Source of the DNA: Bacilli bacterium
GTDB lineage: Bacteria; Bacillota_I; Bacilli_A; RF39; UBA660
Reading direction: 5' to 3'
DNA: 64,000 nucleotides
Assembly: GCA_017544165.1 (NCBI GenBank)
Contig: JAFYER010000012.1
Coordinates: 131,538-195,537, forward strand
The translations under genes were made by a program, and so were the position numbers. Below, piece after piece: positions 9,577 through 18,986 of the stretch. The notes beneath the pieces were generated by a model, which saw only the letters and a program-made list of their open reading frames with translations, did not search any database and was not told where the DNA came from. The first letter of the stretch is position 1; every line of letters begins with the position of its first letter.

Positions 9577-11856
9577 ATGGTGAATAAAAATATGGCAAAA
9601 CGTAAAAAAAGCAAAGAAAGCTCAAGTAGCTTTTCATATAGTATAGAACTTACAGGAATTATTCTCCTTTTAATTGGAATAATTGGTATGGGTTTTGGAC
9701 CCATTGGTAAATTTGTTAAAGAATTTGCTATCTTTTTAGCGGGCGAATTTTATTTTATTGTTTTAATTTTTTTAATGATTCTCGGTATTCACATGTTATT
9801 TAAAAGAAAAATGCCCAAATTCTTTTCCCCCAAACTCATTGGTATTTATTTGATAATTATAGTAGTGCTAACCCTTGCTCATTTAAACTTTTTAAAACAA
9901 ACAAGCGACTTTAAAGAAATGATGAGTATAACTTACGAAAATTATATGGAAAGAATTGGAACAATATCCTCCTCTGGGAAATTATTTGCAAGTGGTGATA
10001 ACTCAATTGTAATTGGTGGCGGAATTATTGGTGCTTTATCAGTTGGCGCCTTAGGAGCTGCTTTTGGTCTAAAAGGAACAATTGTTGTAATCGTAGCTAT
10101 TACCCTATTTGCGATAGTTTTAGTATTTAATGTTACAATCGCCGATGTATTTAAAAAGATTTTAAATGTTATCAAGAAAAACAAAGAAGCTATAGAAAAT
10201 GATATACATAAAGAATATATAATTGAAGGTGATGAACTTGTTGGAGTAAAAGAAGATAATCAAGGTAAAAAAGAAATTGAGCCTACAGAAAATAAAGATA
10301 ATAAAATTGTAATTACGAGTATTGATGAATTAAAAAATATGAATACCGATTCTAAACCTTTTGAAAAAGAATCGTTAGATGTTGAAATCAAAGAAGAAGA
10401 TGTCGATACATCAAATTATCGCTTGCCTAAATTCGACTTATTAACTCCAACTTCTAAGAAAAAAACTTCCGGCGAAGAAGCTTATATAAACACTAATAAG
10501 CAAATGTTAGAACGCGTATTAAATGATTTTGAAATTAAAGGTAAAGTTGTGGAAATACATATTGGGCCTGCTGTTACAGAATATGAATTAACTGTTTCAA
10601 ATGGTACTAAGGTTAGTAGAATTGTAAGTCTTAATAAAGAAATTGCTTTGGCAATGGCTGCTAAAGATGTTAGAATTCAAGCCCCTATTCCTGGTAAAAG
10701 CACAATAGGTATTGAAATACCAAATAAAGAAATTGCCAGTGTAGGTTTTAGAGAAGTTCTTGAAGAAACAGCAGATCAAAAAAGTGAGAATAAAATTCTT
10801 GTTGCTTTAGGTAAAAACATTATGGGTAAACCAATTCTTACAGATATTGCCAAAATGCCCCATTTATTAGTAGCAGGTTCCACTGGTTCTGGTAAATCAG
10901 TTTGTATAAATACTATTATTTGTTCAATATTGATGCGATACAAACCAAATGAAGTTAAACTTGTTCTTGTTGATCCTAAAAAAGTTGAACTCTCAAACTA
11001 TAATGGAACGCCTCACCTACTTTGTCCCGTCGTAACTGATCCTAAAAAAGCTAACGCAACACTTCAAAAAATAGTTGTTGAAATGGAAAAACGTTATGAA
11101 ACATTTTCAGAAAAAGAAGTAAAAAATATAGCAGGTTACAATGAATGGATAGATAAAGAAAATAAAAAACATTTAGATAATAAAATGGCTAAAATGCCAT
11201 ATATTGTAGTAATAATTGATGAGCTTGCTGACCTTATGTTAGTAGCTTCCAAAGAGGTTCAAGACTCAATTATGAGAATTACCCAAATGGCTCGTGCTGC
11301 GGGTATTCATTTAATCGTAGCAACCCAAAGACCATCAACTGATATTATTACTGGCGTTATTAAAAACAATATTCCTTCACGTATTGCCTTTGCTGTTTCT
11401 TCCTCTATTGACTCTAGAACGATTCTTGATTCATCCGGAGCCGAAAAATTACTTGGTAAAGGTGATATGTTATTTGCCCCTATGGGTGAAAATGTTCCAA
11501 CTAGAATTCAAGGATGTTTTATCTCCGATAGTGAAATTAGTAAATTAATTGAATATTGTAAAACTCAAGCGGTTGTTAAATATAATGAAGAATTTTCTAA
11601 TGATGAAATCCATACATCATCTTCAGGTTCAAGTAATAGTGATGGTGGCGATGATGATCCGATGTATGATGAAATTGTTGAATTTGCAATTCAAACTGGC
11701 AAAATTAGTGCTTCCCTAATCCAACGAAGGTTTAGGTTCGGCTATAACAGAGCTGCTAGAATGGTTGATTTACTCGAAGCAAGAGGAATAATTGGACCAC
11801 AAAATGGTTCAAAACCACGTGAAGTTCTTGTTAAAATGGAAAACAGCGAAGAATAA
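9577..11856 (+). CDS. ftsK: DNA translocase FtsK/SpoIIIE
   Basis: N-terminal TM helices, Walker A GSTGSGKS, Walker B VVIIDELAD, and the C-terminal gamma (KOPS-binding wHTH) domain RRFRFGYNRAARMVDLLEARGIIG. The start may instead be the second ATG at 9592. Confidence 0.9.
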   Translation: MVNKNMAKRKKSKESSSSFSYSIELTGIILLLIGIIGMGFGPIGKFVKEFAIFLAGEFYFIVLIFLMILGIHMLFKRKMPKFFSPKLIGIYLIIIVVLTLAHLNFLKQTSDFKEMMSITYENYMERIGTISSSGKLFASGDNSIVIGGGIIGALSVGALGAAFGLKGTIVVIVAITLFAIVLVFNVTIADVFKKILNVIKKNKEAIENDIHKEYIIEGDELVGVKEDNQGKKEIEPTENKDNKIVITSIDELKNMNTDSKPFEKESLDVEIKEEDVDTSNYRLPKFDLLTPTSKKKTSGEEAYINTNKQMLERVLNDFEIKGKVVEIHIGPAVTEYELTVSNGTKVSRIVSLNKEIALAMAAKDVRIQAPIPGKSTIGIEIPNKEIASVGFREVLEETADQKSENKILVALGKNIMGKPILTDIAKMPHLLVAGSTGSGKSVCINTIICSILMRYKPNEVKLVLVDPKKVELSNYNGTPHLLCPVVTDPKKANATLQKIVVEMEKRYETFSEKEVKNIAGYNEWIDKENKKHLDNKMAKMPYIVVIIDELADLMLVASKEVQDSIMRITQMARAAGIHLIVATQRPSTDIITGVIKNNIPSRIAFAVSSSIDSRTILDSSGAEKLLGKGDMLFAPMGENVPTRIQGCFISDSEISKLIEYCKTQAVVKYNEEFSNDEIHTSSSGSSNSDGGDDDPMYDEIVEFAIQTGKISASLIQRRFRFGYNRAARMVDLLEARGIIGPQNGSKPREVLVKMENSEE

Positions 11857-11900
11857 TTTACATCAATACAAAGATTTGCTAAAATAAGGATGGTGATATT

Positions 11901-12434
11901 ATGGCAAAGCAAGATAATAAATATTTTCCTTATAAGAATCACTTATACATGATTATTGGTATAGTTGTTATACTTTTAATCGGATGGTATATCGCTTCTT
12001 GGTTAAACATTAAAAATGAGGAAAAATTATCTGCAAGTTATTTAGTTAAAACTAATACAATTACTTATAGTATTGATGATTTAAAAGAAATAAGTAGTAT
12101 TTTTCAAGAATCACCTAGCGAGTATTTTGTATATATAAGTTATACCGGTGAAGAATCAGTTTATAAATTAGAAAAAAGATTAAAAAAAGTAATTGATGAT
12201 TATAATTTAAAAGATGAGTTTTATTATTTAGATATAACATCACTTAAAGATGATGAAAACACTTTAAATAAATTAAACAAAGAATTTGATACTGACAAGA
12301 TAATTAATTATCCTTGTATACTATATTTCAAAGATGGACAAATCAAAGATATAATAGTTGATAAAAATAATGTATTTGATTATAATAAGTTTGTTAATCT
12401 TTTAAAAGATAATACATATGAGAAAGCCATTTAA
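11901..12434 (+). CDS. membrane-anchored thioredoxin-fold-like protein lacking CxxC
   Basis: N-terminal TM helix and RBS AAGGATGGTGA. The domain YFVYISYTGEES...YYLDITS...NYPCILYFKDGQIKDII resembles a Trx fold without redox cysteines. Confidence 0.45.
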   Translation: MAKQDNKYFPYKNHLYMIIGIVVILLIGWYIASWLNIKNEEKLSASYLVKTNTITYSIDDLKEISSIFQESPSEYFVYISYTGEESVYKLEKRLKKVIDDYNLKDEFYYLDITSLKDDENTLNKLNKEFDTDKIINYPCILYFKDGQIKDIIVDKNNVFDYNKFVNLLKDNTYEKAI

Positions 12435-12456
12435 TGGCTTTTTAAATGGAGGAATC

Positions 12457-12969
12457 ATGATAAATATTGTTTTATATGAACCAGAAATACCTCAAAATAC
12501 TGGAAATATTATGAGGACATGTATTGCAACCGGTTCTACTCTACATCTTATAAAACCTCTTGGTTTTAAGCTCGATGAAAATAGTGTAAGAAGATCTGGC
12601 GTCAATTATATCGATAAATGTAAGTATTTCGTTTATGAAAACATCGATGATTTTTATAGTAAAAATAATGGAACATTTTATTATTTTACAAGGTATGGTC
12701 ACAAACCGCATACATCATTTGATTATTCAAATAGTAATGAAAACTTATACTTTATTTTTGGTAAAGAATCAACAGGTATTCCACCCCATCTTTTAAAGCC
12801 GCATTTAGACCACTGTATGCGCATTCCTATGACAGCTGATGTCAGAGCGTTAAATCTTTCTAATTGCGTTGCAATTGTCACTTATGAAGTTTTAAGACAG
12901 CAAAATTATCCAAATCTTCTTTTTGATGAACCGCATAAAAGTAAAAATTATATCGAAGATGCCAAATAA
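12457..12969 (+). CDS. trmL: tRNA (cytidine/uridine-2'-O)-methyltransferase TrmL (SpoU/TrmH family)
   Basis: MINIVLYEPEIPQNTGNIMRTC motif at the start. The start was moved from 12418 to the ATG at 12457, which is preceded by GGAGG. Confidence 0.8.
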   Translation: MINIVLYEPEIPQNTGNIMRTCIATGSTLHLIKPLGFKLDENSVRRSGVNYIDKCKYFVYENIDDFYSKNNGTFYYFTRYGHKPHTSFDYSNSNENLYFIFGKESTGIPPHLLKPHLDHCMRIPMTADVRALNLSNCVAIVTYEVLRQQNYPNLLFDEPHKSKNYIEDAK

Positions 12970-13003
12970 AAACTATTCATTTTATATCGTGAATAGTCTT
13001 TTT
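12970..13003. terminator. bidirectional rho-independent terminator between convergent trmL and frr
   Basis: 8-bp stem ACTATTCA/TGAATAGT with a 10-nt loop, flanked by T-runs on both strands. Confidence 0.5.
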
Positions 13004-13006
13004 ATT

Positions 13007-13534
13007 TTATACTTCCATCAATTCTGATTCTTTTTTCTTTATCTCTTCATCAATAAGTTTATTATATTTATCAACCGTTTCTTGAAGATCATCAAGATAA
13101 AGTTTTTCTTCGTCTTCAGGGTATTGTGCCTTAGTTATTTCTTCTTTAGCCTCAGTTCTAATGTTACGAAGTGCTATTTTGCCTTCCTCCCCAATATTTC
13201 TAGCTAGTTTAACGTATTCCTTACGGCGATCCTCCGTTAACTCAGGTATTGTTAAAATAACCATTTCCCCATTATTCGTAGGATTAATTCCAATATTAGC
13301 TTCTTGAATGGCTTTTTCAATATCCTTAACACATGACTTATCAAATGGTTTAATTAAAAGTTGTCTTGCTTCAGGTGCTGTAATATTAGCTAAACTTTGT
13401 ATAGGAGTAAGCGTACCATAATATTCAACCATAACACCATTAACAAGGGCAGGATTAGCTCTTCCTGCTCTAATAGTAGTAAGTCTTGATATAACATTTT
13501 CTAAAGCTTTTTGCATTTTATTTTCAGTATCCAT
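13007..13534 (-). CDS. frr: ribosome recycling factor
   Basis: 175 aa, TIRAGRANPALV...YYG..TP..Q..............KPFD...IEKAI; ends ELMEV like B. subtilis Frr. Confidence 0.9.
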   Translation of the reverse strand: MDTENKMQKALENVISRLTTIRAGRANPALVNGVMVEYYGTLTPIQSLANITAPEARQLLIKPFDKSCVKDIEKAIQEANIGINPTNNGEMVILTIPELTEDRRKEYVKLARNIGEEGKIALRNIRTEAKEEITKAQYPEDEEKLYLDDLQETVDKYNKLIDEEIKKKESELMEV

Positions 13535-13544
13535 ATAAACCTCC

Positions 13545-14276
13545 TTAAGATAAAATTATAACTTCATTATAATCTTTTTGATCATTTTTGACAACAATAG
13601 ATATTGAAAGTCTTCCCGACCTATCAACAAATATAGCATAGTCATCAATTGCCTCAATCGAAGCATCGGCATCTAACTCTTCATCAGTAAGCAAATTTTG
13701 ATCAGTAATATGATTAGTAATCTTATTTATAACATCTTCTTTTGTTAAATTAAACTTAGCTAATAGTTCATCTTCCGTATATCTATTGCCTGTTTCTTTA
13801 TCAAAAACATAGGTATCACTATCTAAATATGATATTAAATCCTCTCTATCAAAATGATAGTAATTTACGACTAATGAAATATAATTATCATATAAATAAT
13901 ACTCATATGTTTTGTATGTTGCTTTGACAACATTATCAAAATCAGCTTCCTCAAGTTCTTCATCAATAACAAGAGCATCTTTATATTCTTTGGCTTCATC
14001 ATTTAACTGTTTTTGAATGCTTTCATAATTTTTAAAATTAAATATTACATCCTTATATTCAATATCTAAATCATGAGCAATTGTTTCACTATTTTCAAAA
14101 TAAATATAATCTTTATTTTTGTCAATTCTAATATCTTTAGCCTTTTTACTAGTTTTATTTGCTACTTTCGTAGTATTTTCTTTAGGAAAACTTTTTTGCA
14201 TTAAGAAAAAGCCACCAACGATAATTATTAAAACAATAATAGCAAATACAATAAATTTCCAACCATTTTTCTCCAT
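13545..14276 (-). CDS. hypothetical membrane-anchored protein
   Basis: 243 aa with an N-terminal TM helix and an acidic extracellular domain. No family assigned. Confidence 0.5.
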   Translation of the reverse strand: MEKNGWKFIVFAIIVLIIIVGGFFLMQKSFPKENTTKVANKTSKKAKDIRIDKNKDYIYFENSETIAHDLDIEYKDVIFNFKNYESIQKQLNDEAKEYKDALVIDEELEEADFDNVVKATYKTYEYYLYDNYISLVVNYYHFDREDLISYLDSDTYVFDKETGNRYTEDELLAKFNLTKEDVINKITNHITDQNLLTDEELDADASIEAIDDYAIFVDRSGRLSISIVVKNDQKDYNEVIILS

Positions 14277-14277
14277 A

Positions 14278-14886
14278 TTACATCTCCATATATTCTTTTA
14301 AAACTTCATTCAATACTTCTTTTTGAAGTCCTATTTGATATTCACTCCAATATTTTTCAGCATTCATATTACCACTTATAAATGCATTTGAATCATCGAA
14401 ATGAATTACAATGCCATTTTTCTTAACATAAAGCGTTGGCCCATAAATATTAACTGTTCCATCATCTAAATGAGTAACATAATCGCTTAAATATTCAGCA
14501 ATACTTTGATATGTACCATTTTTCTTTTCACGATCATCTGTAATATCATAATAATATATTTCCTCGACATTATTATTCTTAGCTACCTCATTTAAAATAT
14601 TGGCATAATAACCAACATAGTCATTATTTTTTATGCCAAATAAAATAATAACATTATCTTGTTTAATATATGTTAAAGCCTCTTGATTATTAATATATGT
14701 ATAAACATTTTCTTTATCTATTATCGCTTTATGCTCATTAGCAAATTTCTCATTATCGTTAATATCTTTTTTTGAAAAATCAATTGTACTCACATAAATA
14801 AATCCCATTATAAATAAAATAAAAAGGATTAAAGATATAATCATTTGTTTTTGACTTTTAAAAATCCAAACTGGCTTATTATTCAT
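14278..14886 (-). CDS. membrane-anchored thioredoxin-fold-like protein lacking CxxC (paralogue-like of 11901..12434)
   Basis: 202 aa with an N-terminal TM helix. The segments VIILFGIKNNDY...YYYDIT...GPTLYVKKNGIVIHF have Trx-like topology without redox Cys. Confidence 0.45.
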   Translation of the reverse strand: MNNKPVWIFKSQKQMIISLILFILFIMGFIYVSTIDFSKKDINDNEKFANEHKAIIDKENVYTYINNQEALTYIKQDNVIILFGIKNNDYVGYYANILNEVAKNNNVEEIYYYDITDDREKKNGTYQSIAEYLSDYVTHLDDGTVNIYGPTLYVKKNGIVIHFDDSNAFISGNMNAEKYWSEYQIGLQKEVLNEVLKEYMEM

Positions 14887-14981
14887 TTCTTTTCACCATA
14901 TAAATAATACCATAAAAAGTCATTAAATAAAATAATGCCTTGTTTTTTTGTGTAAATAAAAAGAATACATTACTTGTATTC

Positions 14982-15878
14982 TTAGTAATCTTCTAAAAAA
15001 TTAATAGCTTTAGTGGCCGCTATAGCTCCATCACTTGTGGCAGTTGTAAGTTGACGAAGTGTTTTTACTCGGCAGTCTCCTGCAACGAAAATCCCTTCTT
15101 CATTAGTTAAACAATCTTCACTTTGAATGTAGTTATCTTCACTAAGCGTCAACTTATCTTTTACAAGTTCAGTTTGAGCATCTAAACCAATTGATAAGAA
15201 TAATCCTTCGATTTCTAAAGATTTATCTTCTCCATCCATTTGATAGTTAATTCCTGTAAGATGTTCATTACCAATTAATTTAGTAACAACACTTTTGTAA
15301 AGAATTTCAATATTATCAGTCTCTTCGATTTTCTTAATTAAAGTACTATCGCTACGCATTTTATCTTTGCGAACAATCAAATATACTTTATTACATATTT
15401 TTGATAAATAAATGGCATTAACAGCGGCACTATTGCCACCACCTACGACAGCGACATCTTTATTCTTAAAAAAGGCTCCATCACAAGATGTACAAAATGA
15501 GATACCATTGCCGATAAGATTTGTTTCATTTTCAAGGCCTAGTAAACGATATTTAGCTCCGGTTGCTATTATTAAGACTTTACCTTCATAACTAGTATAA
15601 TCAGTTGTAACTTTTTTAACTTTACCAGTAGTAATTTTTAAAACCTCTTCGTATTCGATTTGAACGCCTAAATCTTCAGCTTGTTTTTCAAAAATACTAG
15701 CAAGCTCTACGCCTGATATTTCGGGAGCACCTGGATAATTTTCAACAAGTGGCGAAGATGCAATTTGGCCACCAATAGCATTTTTTTCTAAAACTAAGGT
15801 CTTTAAGCCGGCTCTTACACAGTAGATGCCTGCAGTAATACCTGCAGGCCCTCCACCGATAATTATTACATCATACAT
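14982..15878 (-). CDS. trxB: thioredoxin-disulfide reductase-like flavoprotein
   Basis: FAD site IIGGGPAG, redox-active CTSCDG (compare CATCDG in TrxB), NADPH site GGGNSA with a VRKDKMR (HRRD-like) motif, and C-terminal GIFVAGDC. Confidence 0.8.
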   Translation of the reverse strand: MYDVIIIGGGPAGITAGIYCVRAGLKTLVLEKNAIGGQIASSPLVENYPGAPEISGVELASIFEKQAEDLGVQIEYEEVLKITTGKVKKVTTDYTSYEGKVLIIATGAKYRLLGLENETNLIGNGISFCTSCDGAFFKNKDVAVVGGGNSAAVNAIYLSKICNKVYLIVRKDKMRSDSTLIKKIEETDNIEILYKSVVTKLIGNEHLTGINYQMDGEDKSLEIEGLFLSIGLDAQTELVKDKLTLSEDNYIQSEDCLTNEEGIFVAGDCRVKTLRQLTTATSDGAIAATKAINFLEDY

Positions 15879-15881
15879 ATT

Positions 15882-18278
15882 TTATTTTTTATCCTCGATG
15901 TATTTTTTGATATTAGAAAGGTTAGCAATAAGTGTAGCTTCACCTTTTTTTACCTCGACAAGTGTAGGAGCTTGACTCACACCTAAATATTTAGTAAGTT
16001 CAACTTCTTCTTCAGCGTCAATAAATTTATATTTAATTTTAGCCTTATCTAGTAACTTTTTTGCAGTTGAGCAATTTGGACAAGTTTTGGTTCCAAATAG
16101 ATAAATGCCGTTTTTAACTTTTTCTTTTTTATCTTGGCAACCACATTCACAAGTTTCATCGCAGTTGCAATTATCTTCGCAACCACATTCACAGTCTTTT
16201 GAGCATTTTGAATGTTCAATATCATATGTCTTACGCATTTTAAATTCTTTAGCCTTACCATCATTCCAGTTTTTAACAGGACGATAATATCCTGTAATAC
16301 GGCTGTATACTTCTGTTTCATCGCCACAAGTTGGGCAAGTATATACTTCGCCAGAAATATAACCATGTTTACGACATACAGAATATGTTGGACTCATTGT
16401 ATAATATGGAAGTTTATAATTTTCAGCAATCTTTCTAACTAAATTAGCAGCAGCTTTCCAGTCAGATAATCTTTCACCCATGAAGGCATGAAATACTGTT
16501 CCTGAAGTATAAAGTGTTTGAAGTTCATCTTGAATATCAAGAGCTGTAAAGATGTCTTCCGTATAACCTACTGGTAAATGAGAACTATTTGTATAATATG
16601 GAGTTTCATCATCAGAAGCCGTAATAATATCAGGGTACATTTCTTTATCTTTCTTGGCAAAACGATAAGTTGTTGATTCAGCTGGGGTCGCCTCAAGGTT
16701 ATATAAATCACCATATTCTTCTTGATAATCAGATAATTTATCTCTCATGAAGTTAAGTACTTCTTTAGTAAACTTAACTGCTTTTTCATTTGTTAAATCT
16801 TCGCCTACCCATTTAGCGTTTAAGCATGCTTCATTCATACCTACTAAACCGATTGTTGAAAAATGGTTAGCAAATGTTCCTAAATATCTTTTAGTATATG
16901 GATATAGTCCTTCATCTAATAGTTTAGTAATAACATTTCTCTTAATTTTTAAACTTCTTGCTGCTAAATTCATTAAGTTTTCTAATCTTTCATAGAATTC
17001 TTGTTCATTAGCGGAAAGATAAGCTATTCTCGGCATATTAATTGTAACTACACCAACAGAACCTGTTGATTCACCACTTCCGAAGAAACCTCCACTTTTC
17101 TTACGTAGTTCGCGAAGATCTAGACGAAGGCGACAGCACATACTTCTTACATCAGATGGCTCCATATCACTATTAATATAATTTGAGAAATATGGAGTTC
17201 CGTATTTAGCAGTCATTTCAAATAATAATTTATTATTTTCGGTTTCAGACCAATCAAAATTCTTAGTAATTGAATATGTTGGAATTGGGTATTGGAAACC
17301 ACGTCCATTAGCATCGCCTTCGATCATAAGTTCAATGAATGCCTTATTGACCATATCCATTTCTTTTTGACAGTCTTTATATTTAAAATCTACTTCCTTG
17401 CCCCCAATAATACAATTTAATTCTGCAAGGTCATTAGGTACTGTCCAATCAAGGGTAATATTAGTAAATGGTGCTTGAGTTCCCCATCTTGATGGAGTAT
17501 TAACGCCATATACAAATGATTGAATAGATTGCTTAACTTCTTTATATGATAAATTATCAATCTTAACAAATGGAGCTAAATATGTATCAAATGATGAAAA
17601 TGCTTGAGCACCAGCCCATTCATTTTGCATAATACCTAAGAAGTTTACCATTTGATTACATAATGTTGTTAAGTGTTTCGCAGGACTACTAGTAATCTTG
17701 CCGGGAACACCTCCAAGGCCTTCCTTAATAAGTTGTTTTAAACTCCAACCAGCACAATATCCTGTAAGCATTGATAAGTCATGAATATGAAAATCACAAT
17801 TACGATGAGCTTTAGCTATTTCTTCATCATATACTTCAGTAAGCCAGTAGTTAGCAGTAATTGCTCCGGAGTTACTTAAAATAAGACCACCAACAGAATA
17901 TGTTACAGTTGAGTTTTCTTTAACCCGCCAGTCGGTTACATTAATATAGCTGTTAACAACTTGTTTATAGTCAAGGATTGTTGATGACATAGCTCTTTGT
18001 TTTTCATGCAATTTACGATACAAAATATACGCCTTAGCAACATTTGTGTACCCAGCTTCCGATAAAACTACTTCTACACTATCTTGAATTGTTTCAACAT
18101 CAACAATATTATTTTTTACTTTATCAGCAAAATCTGCGGTAACTTTTAAAGCTAAGAAATCTAACACATTTTCATCGTAATTAACTTTTTCAGCCTCAAA
18201 AGCCTTCTCTATAGCCTCCTTTATCTTAATAATTTCAAATGGAACAATCTTTCCATCTCTCTTTCTAACTTTATACAT
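15882..18278 (-). CDS. nrdD: anaerobic ribonucleoside-triphosphate reductase (class III) with C-terminal Cys-rich segment and fused glutaredoxin/NrdH-like domain
   Basis: ATP-cone N-terminus; NrdD core with HDLSMLTGYC and MCCRLRLD; Zn-ribbon CPTC; and the glycyl-radical motif SRITGYY. This is followed by KCSKDCECGCEDNCNCDETCECGCQD and a CPNC redoxin domain, IYLFGTKTCPNCSTAKKLL... Confidence 0.9.
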   Translation of the reverse strand: MYKVRKRDGKIVPFEIIKIKEAIEKAFEAEKVNYDENVLDFLALKVTADFADKVKNNIVDVETIQDSVEVVLSEAGYTNVAKAYILYRKLHEKQRAMSSTILDYKQVVNSYINVTDWRVKENSTVTYSVGGLILSNSGAITANYWLTEVYDEEIAKAHRNCDFHIHDLSMLTGYCAGWSLKQLIKEGLGGVPGKITSSPAKHLTTLCNQMVNFLGIMQNEWAGAQAFSSFDTYLAPFVKIDNLSYKEVKQSIQSFVYGVNTPSRWGTQAPFTNITLDWTVPNDLAELNCIIGGKEVDFKYKDCQKEMDMVNKAFIELMIEGDANGRGFQYPIPTYSITKNFDWSETENNKLLFEMTAKYGTPYFSNYINSDMEPSDVRSMCCRLRLDLRELRKKSGGFFGSGESTGSVGVVTINMPRIAYLSANEQEFYERLENLMNLAARSLKIKRNVITKLLDEGLYPYTKRYLGTFANHFSTIGLVGMNEACLNAKWVGEDLTNEKAVKFTKEVLNFMRDKLSDYQEEYGDLYNLEATPAESTTYRFAKKDKEMYPDIITASDDETPYYTNSSHLPVGYTEDIFTALDIQDELQTLYTSGTVFHAFMGERLSDWKAAANLVRKIAENYKLPYYTMSPTYSVCRKHGYISGEVYTCPTCGDETEVYSRITGYYRPVKNWNDGKAKEFKMRKTYDIEHSKCSKDCECGCEDNCNCDETCECGCQDKKEKVKNGIYLFGTKTCPNCSTAKKLLDKAKIKYKFIDAEEEVELTKYLGVSQAPTLVEVKKGEATLIANLSNIKKYIEDKK

Positions 18279-18299
18279 AAAACATTTCCTCCTTCTTTT

Positions 18300-18986
18300 C
18301 TATAAGTTCCGAACAATTACGTTTGGAAACTTTTCTCCCACTATTTTTTGTATATTGATTAGTTCTTCTTTACTAAATGATTCTAAAGTTTTATCTACAA
18401 CATACTCGCTTTGCTCAAAGTTTTGTAAAAAATACTTTTCACTATCCCCCAGATATTTGCATATTTCTAATATTTTATCTATATCATGAATATTTTTTAT
18501 GATTGTCGTCCTAAATTCATGATTAATAGATGCTTTTTTAAGCAATTTAATACTTTCCTTAATATTATCTATCTTAACTTTCGTCTTGATAACACTTTCA
18601 TAATCCTCAAAGGTTGTTTTAATATCCATTGCTATATAATCAATTAGGTTTTCTTCGATTAATTCCTTTAACATATTATAATTTGCACCATTAGTATCAA
18701 GTTTAACAAGATAACCTAATTCTTTAATTTTTGTAATAAAATCTTTTAGATCTTTTTGAATAGTTGGCTCCCCGCCAGTAATTACTACACCATCTAAAAC
18801 TGTTTTTCTTTTACTTAAGTAATTTAGTATTTCATCCTCAGTAATTTCTTCATTACCTTTCAAAGGAATAAGCTCTGAATTCTGACAAAAACTACATTTA
18901 AAATTACATCCTTGCGTAAATATAATACATGCTGTTTTTGATGGATAATCCAAAAGCGTTAATTTTTGAAGTCCTGCTATTTTCAT
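18300..18986 (-). CDS. nrdG: anaerobic ribonucleotide reductase activating protein (radical SAM)
   Basis: CNFKCSFCQN, a CxxxCxxC radical-SAM cluster motif, plus a GGEP SAM site. It lies between the two nrdD-type genes. Confidence 0.85.
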   Translation of the reverse strand: MKIAGLQKLTLLDYPSKTACIIFTQGCNFKCSFCQNSELIPLKGNEEITEDEILNYLSKRKTVLDGVVITGGEPTIQKDLKDFITKIKELGYLVKLDTNGANYNMLKELIEENLIDYIAMDIKTTFEDYESVIKTKVKIDNIKESIKLLKKASINHEFRTTIIKNIHDIDKILEICKYLGDSEKYFLQNFEQSEYVVDKTLESFSKEELINIQKIVGEKFPNVIVRNL

